Sequence record: SRR31156797_1568
Length of the DNA: 64,000 bases
Reading direction: 5' to 3' (one strand)
Below the pieces are notes generated by a model that was not told where the DNA came from, searched no databases, and was given only the letters and a program-made list of their open reading frames with translations. The position numbers were made by a program, and so were the translations under genes. This document shows positions 50,557 through 60,002 of the stretch, in pieces (the stretch's first letter is position 1; the number at the start of each line of letters is the position of its first letter).

Positions 50557-51114
50557 TTAGTTTCCAGCAGTATTAATAGGTGAAACCATCATAATCTGCT
50601 GGCGACCCTGCATCTCGGGTTTTTTATCGACGGTACCGAGACCCTCGATATCGTCTTTGATTCTATTCAGCAATTGCAAACCCATCTCTTGGAACATCAT
50701 TTCGCGTCCACGGTAGCGAAGGACAACCTTCACTTTATCACCGTTAGTGAGGAACTTTTTAACGTTCTTCATTTTGACTTCGTAATCGTGTTCTTCGATC
50801 TTAGGTCTGAATTTAACTTCCTTTGTGTCGACCTGATTCGCACGCTGTTTCTTGCGAGCTTCACGGTCCTTCTTGTTCTTTTCGAACTTGAACTTACTAT
50901 AGTCCATGATCCTACATACGGGCGGTTTTGCTGTTGGAGCGATCTCAACAAGGTCGAGCCCTGCCTGATCCGCTAGCGAGCGAGCTTCATCTATGCTGCA
51001 CACACCGTGCTGGCCACCATCTGCCAATATCAGCCTTACCTCATTATGAGGTATCTTTTCATTAATTCTCTCCTTATCCTCCTGGACAGGACGTACGAAT
51101 TTACCGCCTCTTAT
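50557..51114 (-). CDS. infC: Translation initiation factor IF-3 (non-canonical ATA start)
   Basis: RINEKI...VRLI, DLVEIAP..KPPVCRIMDY; GGAGGTGA followed by in-frame ATA at 51114. Confidence 0.93.
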   Translation of the reverse strand: MRGGKFVRPVQEDKERINEKIPHNEVRLILADGGQHGVCSIDEARSLADQAGLDLVEIAPTAKPPVCRIMDYSKFKFEKNKKDREARKKQRANQVDTKEVKFRPKIEEHDYEVKMKNVKKFLTNGDKVKVVLRYRGREMMFQEMGLQLLNRIKDDIEGLGTVDKKPEMQGRQQIMMVSPINTAGN

Positions 51115-51133
51115 AGGTCACCTCCAATAGTTC

Positions 51134-53047
51134 CTACTTCCAAAGTTCTAAAGTCTTATTTTTGTCAAGCTCTCTTAATACACCAATATAGGTAGAAAAA
51201 TCAAGCTCATTTTTATTCTCGCCGTCTCTTAATCGTATAGAAACGAGATTATTATCCATTTCATTCTGACCTATAATGATCATATGAGGTATTTTTTCCA
51301 TCTGTGCCTCACGGATCTTAAAGCCCATTTTTTCGTTACGAAGGTCAGAGTCAACCCTGAAACCTTCCGCCTTAAGCTTACGCTCGATCTCTTTACAGTA
51401 GTCAGCCTGAGCATCAGTTACGTTTATGATACGAACCTGCTTCGGTGCTATCCATACTGGGAAAGCGCCGGCGAAGTGCTCTGTGAGGATTCCGATGAAT
51501 CTGTCAACGGAGCCGAGGATAACTCTGTGGAGCATAACGGGTCTGTGCTTCTGTCCGTCCTCGCCTATATAGTTTAGGTCGAAACGCTCAGGGAGGTTAA
51601 AGTCCACCTGAATTGTAGCACACTGCCAGTAACGCCCGATAGCGTCCTTCAGTTTAATATCGATCTTAGGACCGTAGAAGGCACCGTCACCTTCATTAAT
51701 CTCGTACGGAAGGTCTTTGGTTCTGAGAGCTTCAAAGAGTGCCTCAGTTGCCTTGTCCCAGTTCTCGACATCGCCAATATATTTCTCAGGTCTTGTGGAG
51801 ACCTCAATCTCGTATTCAAACCCGAAGAGGTCAACAACATCATTTACGAAATCGATAATTCCGATAATTTCGTCGTTGAGCTGGCTCGGTGTACAGAAAA
51901 GGTGTGCATCGTCCTGTGTAAAAGCACGCACACGCATAAGCCCGTGAAGTGCACCGGACTGCTCATGTCTGTGAACATTACCAAGCTCGAAATATCGCTG
52001 TGGCAGGTCACGGTAGCTTCTTATATCAGACTTAAACACCATCATATGTGCAAGACAGTTCATCGGTTTAACGCCGAACTCTACATCGTCTATAGTTGTG
52101 AAATACATGTTTTCACGATAGTTGTCGTAGTGACCGGATTTCTTCCACATATCCTGCTTAAGGATAGCCGGGCCGAAAACTATGTCGTAGCCACGTTTTA
52201 TGTGCTCATGCTTCTCGAAAGTTTCGAGTACGTTACGGAGCGCACCGCCATTCGGAAGATAAATAGGGAAGCCTGCTCCGACTTCTTCATCAAACATGAA
52301 GAGCTTAAGCTGCTTACCAAGTTTCCTGTGGTCACGCTTTTCAGCCTCCTCAAGCATATGGAGGTGGTTGTCGAGGTCTTCCTTAGTCTGCCAGCTTGTA
52401 CCATAGATACGCTGGAGCATCTTATTTTTTTCATCGCCTCGCCAGTAAGCACCGGCTACGGAGAGAAGTTTATAATGTTTCAGCCTCTTAGTATTATCGA
52501 CGTGAGGTCCTCGGCAGAGGTCTGTGAAATCACCCTGCTCATAGAGCGAAACTTCATCGTCACCAATATCAGTAATCAGTTCAACCTTATACGGCTCATC
52601 AGCAAATTCCTTAAGTGCATCAGTCGATTTTACTTCTCTTCTGCTGATAGGGTTCGCCTCAGATGCGATCTTAGCCATCATTTTTTCGATAGCTTTCAGG
52701 TCGTCCGGAGTGAACTTCTTATCGCCCATGTCAAAGTCGTAGTAAAAACCGTCTTTGATAGTAGGTCCGATAGTTACTTTCGCTTCAGGGAAAAGCCTGA
52801 GCACAGCCTGAGCCATAAGGTGTGCTGTTGAGTGTCTGATAATATCAAGGGACTCAGGGTCCTTATCCGTTATGATCTTTATGGTATCGCCGTCCGTAAG
52901 TTCGGCGTAAATATCTTTAGGGGTTCCGTTAATTTCGCAAGCCAACGCTTTTTTAGCGAGACCTACACTTATCTGTTTTGCTACGTCATACGCTGTTGCG
53001 CCATCTTGAACATCCAGCTTGGCGCCGTCTGGAAGTAACACGTTCAT
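51134..53047 (-). CDS. thrS: Threonine-tRNA ligase
   Basis: RHSTAHL, DLCRGPH, RDHRKLG, KPMNC, GAFYGPK; ATG 53047 after GGGAG. Confidence 0.97.
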   Translation of the reverse strand: MNVLLPDGAKLDVQDGATAYDVAKQISVGLAKKALACEINGTPKDIYAELTDGDTIKIITDKDPESLDIIRHSTAHLMAQAVLRLFPEAKVTIGPTIKDGFYYDFDMGDKKFTPDDLKAIEKMMAKIASEANPISRREVKSTDALKEFADEPYKVELITDIGDDEVSLYEQGDFTDLCRGPHVDNTKRLKHYKLLSVAGAYWRGDEKNKMLQRIYGTSWQTKEDLDNHLHMLEEAEKRDHRKLGKQLKLFMFDEEVGAGFPIYLPNGGALRNVLETFEKHEHIKRGYDIVFGPAILKQDMWKKSGHYDNYRENMYFTTIDDVEFGVKPMNCLAHMMVFKSDIRSYRDLPQRYFELGNVHRHEQSGALHGLMRVRAFTQDDAHLFCTPSQLNDEIIGIIDFVNDVVDLFGFEYEIEVSTRPEKYIGDVENWDKATEALFEALRTKDLPYEINEGDGAFYGPKIDIKLKDAIGRYWQCATIQVDFNLPERFDLNYIGEDGQKHRPVMLHRVILGSVDRFIGILTEHFAGAFPVWIAPKQVRIINVTDAQADYCKEIERKLKAEGFRVDSDLRNEKMGFKIREAQMEKIPHMIIIGQNEMDNNLVSIRLRDGENKNELDFSTYIGVLRELDKNKTLELWK

Positions 53048-53202
53048 CTTCACGCTCCCAGTAAGATTTGGAACCATAAAATATACTGATGAACCCTTAG
53101 TTTGTCAAGGTTTATAGAGGTTTTGATATATGTTTTTTCTTATTTAATTTTAATGGTTTAGAAGGATGTGATAAAAAAATGCAAAAAAGATGAAAAACAT
53201 TC

Positions 53203-53231
53203 TTGACATCCCACTGATGTTAGTGTAATTT
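53203..53231 (+). promoter_or_regulatory. Sigma70 promoter of tRNA-Leu
   Basis: TTGACA-N17-TAATTT. Confidence 0.6.
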
Positions 53232-53245
53232 CTCATTCTGCTTCA

Positions 53246-53331
53246 GCCGAGGTGGTGGAACTGGTAGACACGCAGGACTAAGGATCCTGTGCGAGTCAAA
53301 TCGCGTGAGAGTTCAAGTCTCTCTCTCGGCA
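53246..53331 (+). tRNA. tRNA-Leu with anticodon AAG
   Basis: GCCGAGG acceptor; CAGGA-CT-AAG-GA-TCCTG anticodon arm; long variable arm; GTTCAAGTC; discriminator A. Confidence 0.92.
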
Positions 53332-53334
53332 TCC

Positions 53335-53376
53335 AAAAAGGACCCTGTTATCAACTATTTGGTGACAGGGTTTTTT
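53335..53376. terminator. Hairpin between tRNA and convergent integrase
   Basis: AAAAAGGACCCTGTTA...TGACAGGGTTTTTT. Confidence 0.7.
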
Positions 53377-54562
53377 CGTTTCTGACAGCATTCTGACAGA
53401 TTGGTTTTTCTGAGGAAAGAAATGCCCCGATTTTGGGCTGCTGAAACTCTACTGCTTTCACATACTTAGCGTATCTTGTTATGACTGTGCCAACGTTTTT
53501 GTGGCCCATACGCTCTGCTATGTGAGCAAGGTTATCACCCGCCAGAATTGACAGGCTTGCGTGAGTATGTCTGCACTGATAAATAATCCTAAAAGCTATG
53601 CCAAGCTTCTTTAGTGTTGGTTTCCAAACCTGACGCATTATATGTTCTGATGATTTCCACGGCTCTCCATATTGGTTGCAAAAGATGAACTCCGACTTCA
53701 GATAAGTATGCTGCTTCTGATCTCTCAGGGCTTGCATAGCTTCCTCTGTGAGCGGAACAGTTCTCTTTGATGCTTTCGTCTTTGGCGGACAAAGATTCCT
53801 GTCGCTAATTTGTTCTCTGATATTATAGCTCTGGAACATTTCATCAAAGTATTTCCATTTCATCGCCAGCACCTCACCTATCCGCATTCCAGTATGGAAA
53901 AGGACTATGAACATATTGTATGCCTTTCGGTTCTTCTTATGCAGGTGTGTTAGGATTGCATTTACCTCTGCCTGGTTGAACGGCTCGATGTCAGGTAGAT
54001 CAACTTTGAAGTTTTTGATTCTGCCTGTAATGTCTTCATTGATGTAGCCTTTTAAATAGGCGTACTCGAAGATACGACGGAGCGGAGTCATCCTGTCATT
54101 TACAGTCTTTTTACATAGGTCATCAAGTAATGAGTACCTGTAGCTCTCAATATCTTCTACTGCAATATTATTGACCATTACATCTCCAAAGCGTAATAGA
54201 AGCTGGTTGAGGTTAGACATATACTTTTTATATGTACCTTGTGACACCTCATCAGCCCTCAGTGATCTTTCTACAATCTCTTTCCACTCGTCTGCGACAT
54301 GTTCAAATGTGAGATAGAGCTTTACCTTTGATCCAAAACGAACACACTTTTTGGAGAGCGGAAACCACTCTGCGTACTCAAATGTGCCGCTTAGGAGCTC
54401 AACCTCAATTAACTTAGCTTGCCTTTCTGCATACTTTCGTCCCTTGATGTCATTTTTTACTGCTAAGTATTCACGACATCTTACATCCCTATAATAGAAG
54501 TCAAGGAACAGTTGATTCTTATCAGTCCGTACACGCACATCTTTAGTTTTAGTCTGTGCCAA
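53351..54562 (-). CDS. Tyrosine integrase with N-terminal arm-binding domain
   Basis: HTGMRIGE, PKT, YQCRHT, MGH, RY; N-terminal LDFYY..VRCREYL. Confidence 0.93.
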   Translation of the reverse strand: MAQTKTKDVRVRTDKNQLFLDFYYRDVRCREYLAVKNDIKGRKYAERQAKLIEVELLSGTFEYAEWFPLSKKCVRFGSKVKLYLTFEHVADEWKEIVERSLRADEVSQGTYKKYMSNLNQLLLRFGDVMVNNIAVEDIESYRYSLLDDLCKKTVNDRMTPLRRIFEYAYLKGYINEDITGRIKNFKVDLPDIEPFNQAEVNAILTHLHKKNRKAYNMFIVLFHTGMRIGEVLAMKWKYFDEMFQSYNIREQISDRNLCPPKTKASKRTVPLTEEAMQALRDQKQHTYLKSEFIFCNQYGEPWKSSEHIMRQVWKPTLKKLGIAFRIIYQCRHTHASLSILAGDNLAHIAERMGHKNVGTVITRYAKYVKAVEFQQPKIGAFLSSEKPICQNAVRNEKTLSPNS

Positions 54563-54596
54563 TTTTACCCTCCTATAGCTTCTATTATACTGTAAA

Positions 54597-54809
54597 TTAG
54601 AAAGAATTTCTTCTTATTCTTTCAAGAATTTTATGTTTTTTAAACTTTATTGCCGCCTGCTTAGTATCCCCGTACTTAATAAACTCTGAGGGGTGGAAGC
54701 GACCAGCAGATTTCCAGTTTTGAAGAGTCTTAACTGAAACTTTGAGTTTTTCTGAAAGCTCTTTGTATGTTAAAAGTTCTTCATTTATTGATTGAGTAAC
54801 ATTTTTCAT
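54597..54809 (-). CDS. Excisionase-like HTH protein
   Basis: LLTYKELSEKLKVSVKTLQNW; upstream of integrase; RBS GGAGG. Confidence 0.8.
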   Translation of the reverse strand: MKNVTQSINEELLTYKELSEKLKVSVKTLQNWKSAGRFHPSEFIKYGDTKQAAIKFKKHKILERIRRNSF

Positions 54810-55165
54810 TTTGTCCTCCGTTTATCCGATACAAAATGAGTACAACAGCTTTGTATTAATAAGTGTTGTTTTTGATACTTGCCTTAGATTAATTCTTTAA
54901 AATTTAGGCATCTTCATAAGAGGTAAGTGAGGGAAAATAAAGTAATATAGCTGGTTGTGAAATTCGATATCAATCGTACACTCAAGATATAAGCTCTCAT
55001 TTTCTTGATATAACTGTAAGATATCTCCGAAATGATATGCTCCTTCCAAGGAGAACTCCCCTACGAGTGATGGTTCTCGGTCAATTTATATTATCAATTT
55101 ATTGATCAAATTTAAATATAGCTTGTAGTCATTAGTGATTAAATAGCTATATTATCTACGCTTAT

Positions 55166-56200
55166 CTATTTAGCTATGAATTCCTTTACGTCATATAAAG
55201 TTGCTACTGTTTTAGATCCTCCTTTTTGGTATTTTATAGCAAAGCCATACTCGGCTTTATCGCCATGACTTACAAATTGGTATGGTTTGCTTTGCGAAGG
55301 AAAAGAATTCATATATTTAACACCTATTGTAGTTTTAGTCCTAAGCGGGATAGTTATAGAATCAGGTAGAATATTATTAACAATTGTCCCCTTGTAGTAA
55401 CCTGTAATGTTTTTAATAGTTATGAAATCTGTTGATTTGTTAGATAATTCTATACTGTTTAGCTTCCCATATGCTAACCCATGAATGTCCCAGTAGTGTG
55501 TTTTAAATATTAAAGTCGTGTCTTCTAGTGAAAAAAAATCAGGAATAGGTACAACATTGTAATCAGTGATTTGACTTATTAGAGTATCGGGATAATTTTT
55601 AAAATTCGTAGAGTAGTTAACATTAGATTTAGTTTTGAGTACATACTTATGAACGTATTTAGGGTATCTAGTTATTATATTAGGGTAATCTTTCAAAATT
55701 GTGATCTGGTTACAAAGAGAATCGACAATATTTTGTGGCAAGGAGTGAGTGTAATCAATACATTCCTTTTGAACATCTTTTACTTTAGAGTTAAAAGTAT
55801 CCAAGTTGCGCTGTTTCGTCATGATATAGTTATTTGCTAAGCTTGTATAGTTCGCTTCAAAATTAGCTTGTTTTGTAGATATTTTTTCTATCCAATCATT
55901 AATTGTTGAGTGACCCCTATTTATAAAAGGAACCCTGTTAGTTAAATACCCAGATACTGAGTAGCAAACTTTTGCAAATTCATTATTTTGATATTGATGC
56001 CCACGATTATAAATGAGGCAGGTTCCATCAATATACTCACCTGGGAATGTTTCTATAAGGGCTGAATTAATTATATCCTGTGTTTCTTTGTAGTTTATTT
56101 CGCCTTTTACAATTAATGTCGACTGATACCGTTTTGGGGTAGCGGAACAACCGAATGATGTAATAATAACTAGTAACATTAATAATTTAAGCATCTTCAT
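55166..56200 (-). CDS. Hypothetical lipoprotein
   Basis: ATG 56200 after GAGGT; lipobox SFGC; no recognisable domain. Confidence 0.7.
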   Translation of the reverse strand: MKMLKLLMLLVIITSFGCSATPKRYQSTLIVKGEINYKETQDIINSALIETFPGEYIDGTCLIYNRGHQYQNNEFAKVCYSVSGYLTNRVPFINRGHSTINDWIEKISTKQANFEANYTSLANNYIMTKQRNLDTFNSKVKDVQKECIDYTHSLPQNIVDSLCNQITILKDYPNIITRYPKYVHKYVLKTKSNVNYSTNFKNYPDTLISQITDYNVVPIPDFFSLEDTTLIFKTHYWDIHGLAYGKLNSIELSNKSTDFITIKNITGYYKGTIVNNILPDSITIPLRTKTTIGVKYMNSFPSQSKPYQFVSHGDKAEYGFAIKYQKGGSKTVATLYDVKEFIAK

Positions 56201-56390
56201 ATCTTTACACCTCGCAAATATTTTAATCATAATGAGCACATGATATAATCAACCATTATAAATATCAAGTATTTAGATGTATATCTTTATATATACACTA
56301 ATCTGCTTGTCATTTTTAACTATTTTTAAATGTGCAGTTTAGTATTTATATTTATTTGACAATAACTTATGCGTATATATACTCAGATAC

Positions 56391-56549
56391 ATGAAGCCTA
56401 AAAAACGCGAAATGATCCACATACGTCTGGACTCTGATAAACACAAACTCCTGAAGAAGTATTCTGTTAAAAACCACAGAAATGTTTCTGATACTGTTCG
56501 TATGCTCATCGATCAATGGATTGAGCAACAAGAATCTACCAAGTCCTGA
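56391..56549 (+). CDS. Small ribbon-helix-helix protein, 52 aa, probably leaderless; not in ORF track
   Basis: MKPKKREMIHIRLDSDKHKLLKKYSVKNHRNVSDTVRMLIDQWIEQQESTKS; TTGACA-N16-TATACT ends 7 nt before the ATG. Confidence 0.7.
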   Translation: MKPKKREMIHIRLDSDKHKLLKKYSVKNHRNVSDTVRMLIDQWIEQQESTKS

Positions 56550-56757
56550 TTTTCTATTTGTCTTTTGTGTTCTACTCCTTATTCTCAAATATTTACTTAT
56601 ATTAGCTATTTATCGCACATTTTATGCAATTAACTCTTGTATTTTATTTTGTATAATATACATTAGTAATATAGAGAATGATTGTGAGATTTATAGGCAA
56701 TTACGCCCCTTTTTTGCCTAGCTGTTGATATAGAAAAAAGATAAAGAGGAGATCAAT

Positions 56758-56925
56758 ATGTTAAAACTAATATCCGAAATTAGAGAGCTTGTACATAAGC
56801 CGTATTACAGACTTTCAATAGCTGAGCGGGCAAGACTTGGTTCTGTTATGATAATGTTTATTACGGTTTTTACTCTTGTTGCATGTGGACTGATTGAGCT
56901 GTCGGCTATACTTACTTACGGGTAG
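56758..56925 (+). CDS. Small single-TM protein, 55 aa; not in ORF track
   Basis: RBS AGAGGAG; MLKLISEIRELVHKPYYRLSIAERARLGSVMIMFITVFTLVACGLIELSAILTYG. Confidence 0.6.
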   Translation: MLKLISEIRELVHKPYYRLSIAERARLGSVMIMFITVFTLVACGLIELSAILTYG

Positions 56926-56927
56926 AT

Positions 56928-57440
56928 CTATTTGTCTTCTTCGTAAAACATTGCTTCATTGAATTTTTGCTGAATGTACCCGTGGGATATCTTTGTTTTA
57001 CGGTATTTGGCTATATACTCAGATATCTCACGCCAAGACAGCCCGTCTTCTATGTGCATCTTCTTGATCTCCTCAAAATATCTCTCTTTGACTAATTTGG
57101 CTTTCTTGCTGTCCTTCTTACCTCTACCGGCTTTGATGCGCTCTATGCGGAGCTTACGGAGCTTGTCCGCCTCTTCAAGGCTCAAAGTGTCCTTAGTAGC
57201 CTGAGCGGTCTCAATACGCTTCATTGCTCTAAGTGCAAGTAAATGCATAGCAAAATAAAATTCGCTCGCATTTTCCTTGTCAAATAGTGGCTTATTCTGT
57301 CTCGAATAGTCGGTTTGGAGCTTATAGGATTCAATTTTGACTTTTATAGGCAGTTTGGCATAATACTTCGTGAGGGATTCCGCTTCATTCTCTGTTATGC
57401 CAGTTATTTCGTGTATATATTCTAAATTATAATCGTACAT
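56928..57440 (-). CDS. Hypothetical DNA-binding protein (C-terminal HTH-like), possibly a mobilisation accessory protein
   Basis: Basic linker then GLSWREISEYI...ISHGYI. Confidence 0.6.
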   Translation of the reverse strand: MYDYNLEYIHEITGITENEAESLTKYYAKLPIKVKIESYKLQTDYSRQNKPLFDKENASEFYFAMHLLALRAMKRIETAQATKDTLSLEEADKLRKLRIERIKAGRGKKDSKKAKLVKERYFEEIKKMHIEDGLSWREISEYIAKYRKTKISHGYIQQKFNEAMFYEEDK

Positions 57441-57510
57441 CTACTTTCCTGTATTTCCTTGGTATATTATACAGTATTGCAAATTATTCGCTGAGGCGCT
57501 ATCATTTTGT

Positions 57511-58440
57511 ATGCGCGGCAGTATTATATATCAAGTTCAGACTATTTTCAAAGAGTCCGGCATCAACCGGATAGGCTCATCAAAACACACCGATAAAGAA
57601 GCCTTTAGAAATGGTACAGATGAAAAGGTGACATGGCATGACATAAGTCAGAATACTGGTATCTACTCATACTCAACGGCTGATGATTACCGTGAGATCT
57701 GGACATCAGCATTCAAATATGTGAAAGCTCATTTCGGAGTCAAAGATATTGAAGCTATAGAGGGAGAGCATCTTCAGGCGTTTTTACTGTCTAAGATTGA
57801 TGAAGAGGTAAAGCATGCGACCTTTATGCAATACGCAGCTGCCCTTGAGAAGCTTGCTGTGGCTTTGAATATGTATGCTGAGAAGCGTGAAACAGGCAAT
57901 AAGTATAGTTTCAGTGAGGATATAGATGTTGCCCGCAAAAAGGCTCACAAAGCACTTCAGCGATTCGATGGTGTTCGGTCATACGAAAACCCAGAGGGGC
58001 TGATTGAGAAACTAGAGGATCCCGTCTATAGGCTTATAGCATCAATTCAATATATTGGTGGCGCATGTATTGATGAGGTTTACGGCATCATGCCTGAATC
58101 TTTAAAAGGTGATAATCGTGTGTCTGTTAAAGGGAAGGGCGGTAAGGTCAGGGACATCAGGGTCAAAGCAGAAGATCACAAGCTTCTCTCTGAAATTCTT
58201 AAAAAAAATGGGCACTTCAAATTCGACAAAGGCAAATATCTTTATAATCTCAAAATAGCCGCAGAAGAGAGCAATCAGCAATATAATGCTTCACATGGCC
58301 TCCGCTGGAATTTCGCACAAAACCGCATGCAGGAAGTCCAGAAAGAAGGCAAAGTCCACGAGCAAGGCTTAGTCATTGTTAGTCAAGAAATGGGGCACGA
58401 ACGCGCCGATATTACTGAGCATTATTTGAAAGATAAGTAG
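57511..58440 (+). CDS. Tyrosine-recombinase-fold protein (integrase or relaxase-like)
   Basis: KGKGGK.R, HGLR, MGH.R..IT..Y; first catalytic Arg position reads Cys (GACIDE). Confidence 0.8.
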   Translation: MRGSIIYQVQTIFKESGINRIGSSKHTDKEAFRNGTDEKVTWHDISQNTGIYSYSTADDYREIWTSAFKYVKAHFGVKDIEAIEGEHLQAFLLSKIDEEVKHATFMQYAAALEKLAVALNMYAEKRETGNKYSFSEDIDVARKKAHKALQRFDGVRSYENPEGLIEKLEDPVYRLIASIQYIGGACIDEVYGIMPESLKGDNRVSVKGKGGKVRDIRVKAEDHKLLSEILKKNGHFKFDKGKYLYNLKIAAEESNQQYNASHGLRWNFAQNRMQEVQKEGKVHEQGLVIVSQEMGHERADITEHYLKDK

Positions 58441-58451
58441 TAATAAAGTAA

Positions 58452-59372
58452 TTACTCTTTACTGAATTGATACAAATCGCCATTGATAACAGATTGTAGG
58501 TACAGAAAATCAACCATTAAGCCAATTGTTTCATAATACTCATCACCATTATTCCAAATGCTTATTTGAGAACTAATTACCTCTTCTATTCTTTTTAATA
58601 GGTTAATACTTATTTCTATTAGATTAACAAGATATTGTTTTTTTGATGAAAATTTTTCAAAACCAACCGAAATGAAAAAACCTTTATTTAAATCATTGTG
58701 TGCCATTCTGGTTAGCGTATTATGTTTAAAGTGAATATAATCACTGGTAGTTTCGTATAGATTGACAAAGAATTCAGATTCAAAAAAATTATTTCTACTT
58801 CTTGCAATACTATATATAGGGTCTTTTAGCCTCTCCTTGTTCTGTTTGATAGTTTTCAAAACAGCTGCCGGTTTAAGACTTTTCCACCAATGTTTCATGT
58901 ATTCTTGTTTATCTTTATTGTCACTCTTATATTTGTCATAAAATTCCTCATCAGTTAATATCAGGTAAAGCAAGGTACTAGACTCAATAAATGGTCGAAG
59001 ACTTTGAAGTGATTGGTAGTCAAGGTTCGAGAATAACAAATGTCTTGTTGTTATAAGACAATGTAATGATTGCCTAAAAAGCAAAATAGCAGTCAATGTG
59101 TATTCTTGTTTATTATTTGTATTAAAACCGAGAGGTTTTGTTTTGCATTCTTCTGTGAGTTTTTGAAAATAAACAGAATTGTAAGCTACGCATAAGTTTA
59201 ATAAAAAATCATACGGCTTAAGCTCACCAACCTTGTTAAAACTATACATATCTAGATGACCGTTGTCACTCACGAAAATCTTTAGCTCTTGGAGTGTTAG
59301 GTTATTTTTAAATAACTTATGCGGAGCTATAGACGAAATCATGTTATTAAAATGTTTTTCAATTGATTCCAT
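58452..59372 (-). CDS. Hypothetical protein, DUF5677/HEPN-like
   Basis: AT-rich, helical; LRPFIE and LYETTSDYIH motifs. Confidence 0.5.
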   Translation of the reverse strand: MESIEKHFNNMISSIAPHKLFKNNLTLQELKIFVSDNGHLDMYSFNKVGELKPYDFLLNLCVAYNSVYFQKLTEECKTKPLGFNTNNKQEYTLTAILLFRQSLHCLITTRHLLFSNLDYQSLQSLRPFIESSTLLYLILTDEEFYDKYKSDNKDKQEYMKHWWKSLKPAAVLKTIKQNKERLKDPIYSIARSRNNFFESEFFVNLYETTSDYIHFKHNTLTRMAHNDLNKGFFISVGFEKFSSKKQYLVNLIEISINLLKRIEEVISSQISIWNNGDEYYETIGLMVDFLYLQSVINGDLYQFSKE

Positions 59373-59461
59373 ATAGAATTTATACTCTCCTGTTGAGTCA
59401 TATATTTAAATATACCTCGTAGCTGTCAGGCCGACAACATACCATTTGTGAGTAGTAATGG

Positions 59462-60001
59462 TTACAATCCATATTCGCAGGTGCTAATAATAGATCTAAG
59501 TACCCCTGCTGTCATTTTGCAATAACACTTATCAATGTATGATTTCTTTAAACCTTCCCCATAGTCTATACAAAGTACTTTCTTTTCATGTCTAGTATCT
59601 ACTGAAAAAGTAAGAGGATCTTGTTTATAAGTTAGCACTTTATTCATTCCATTGGTTATGAATGACCCTAGTACGGCTAAGAGGTTTACGGCATGGAGTG
59701 GTGTGAAGTCACCATTGTGAGAATTTTTCTTTAATGCATCGGCATGAATGAGACCAGCAAACACAGGTCTGACTCTAGTTTGAATAATTGCAATATCTAC
59801 GGGCTTGTAAAATTGCTTATCACACTCATAAATTTTTTTGTCATGAAAGCGGGCCCTGTCATGTATTTCAGCGTATATTTCATTGCAAATCTTTACGTGT
59901 CTTTCAGGGAAGGCGACAGTATCTTTCCCTGTTTGTATCATCTCTGTGTAGTTTTTGTAGTTCATTCCTCCGCTTGGCATAAACCAGTGTCCGGCTATCA
60001 T
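59462..60001 (-). CDS. Hypothetical protein
   Basis: 179-aa ORF with RBS GGAGG, tightly coupled to the upstream ORF. Confidence 0.65.
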   Translation of the reverse strand: MIAGHWFMPSGGMNYKNYTEMIQTGKDTVAFPERHVKICNEIYAEIHDRARFHDKKIYECDKQFYKPVDIAIIQTRVRPVFAGLIHADALKKNSHNGDFTPLHAVNLLAVLGSFITNGMNKVLTYKQDPLTFSVDTRHEKKVLCIDYGEGLKKSYIDKCYCKMTAGVLRSIISTCEYGL

Positions 60002-60002
60002 A

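Noticed and set aside
54966-55038. Five GATAT copies upstream of xis as iterons
   Set aside because: Only 5 bp, irregular spacing (20, 21, 13, 14) in AT-rich DNA; chance cannot be excluded.
56367-56721. ORFs 56367-56588 (-) and 56482-56721 (+)
   Set aside because: They overlap the better-supported RHH ORF at 56391-56549.
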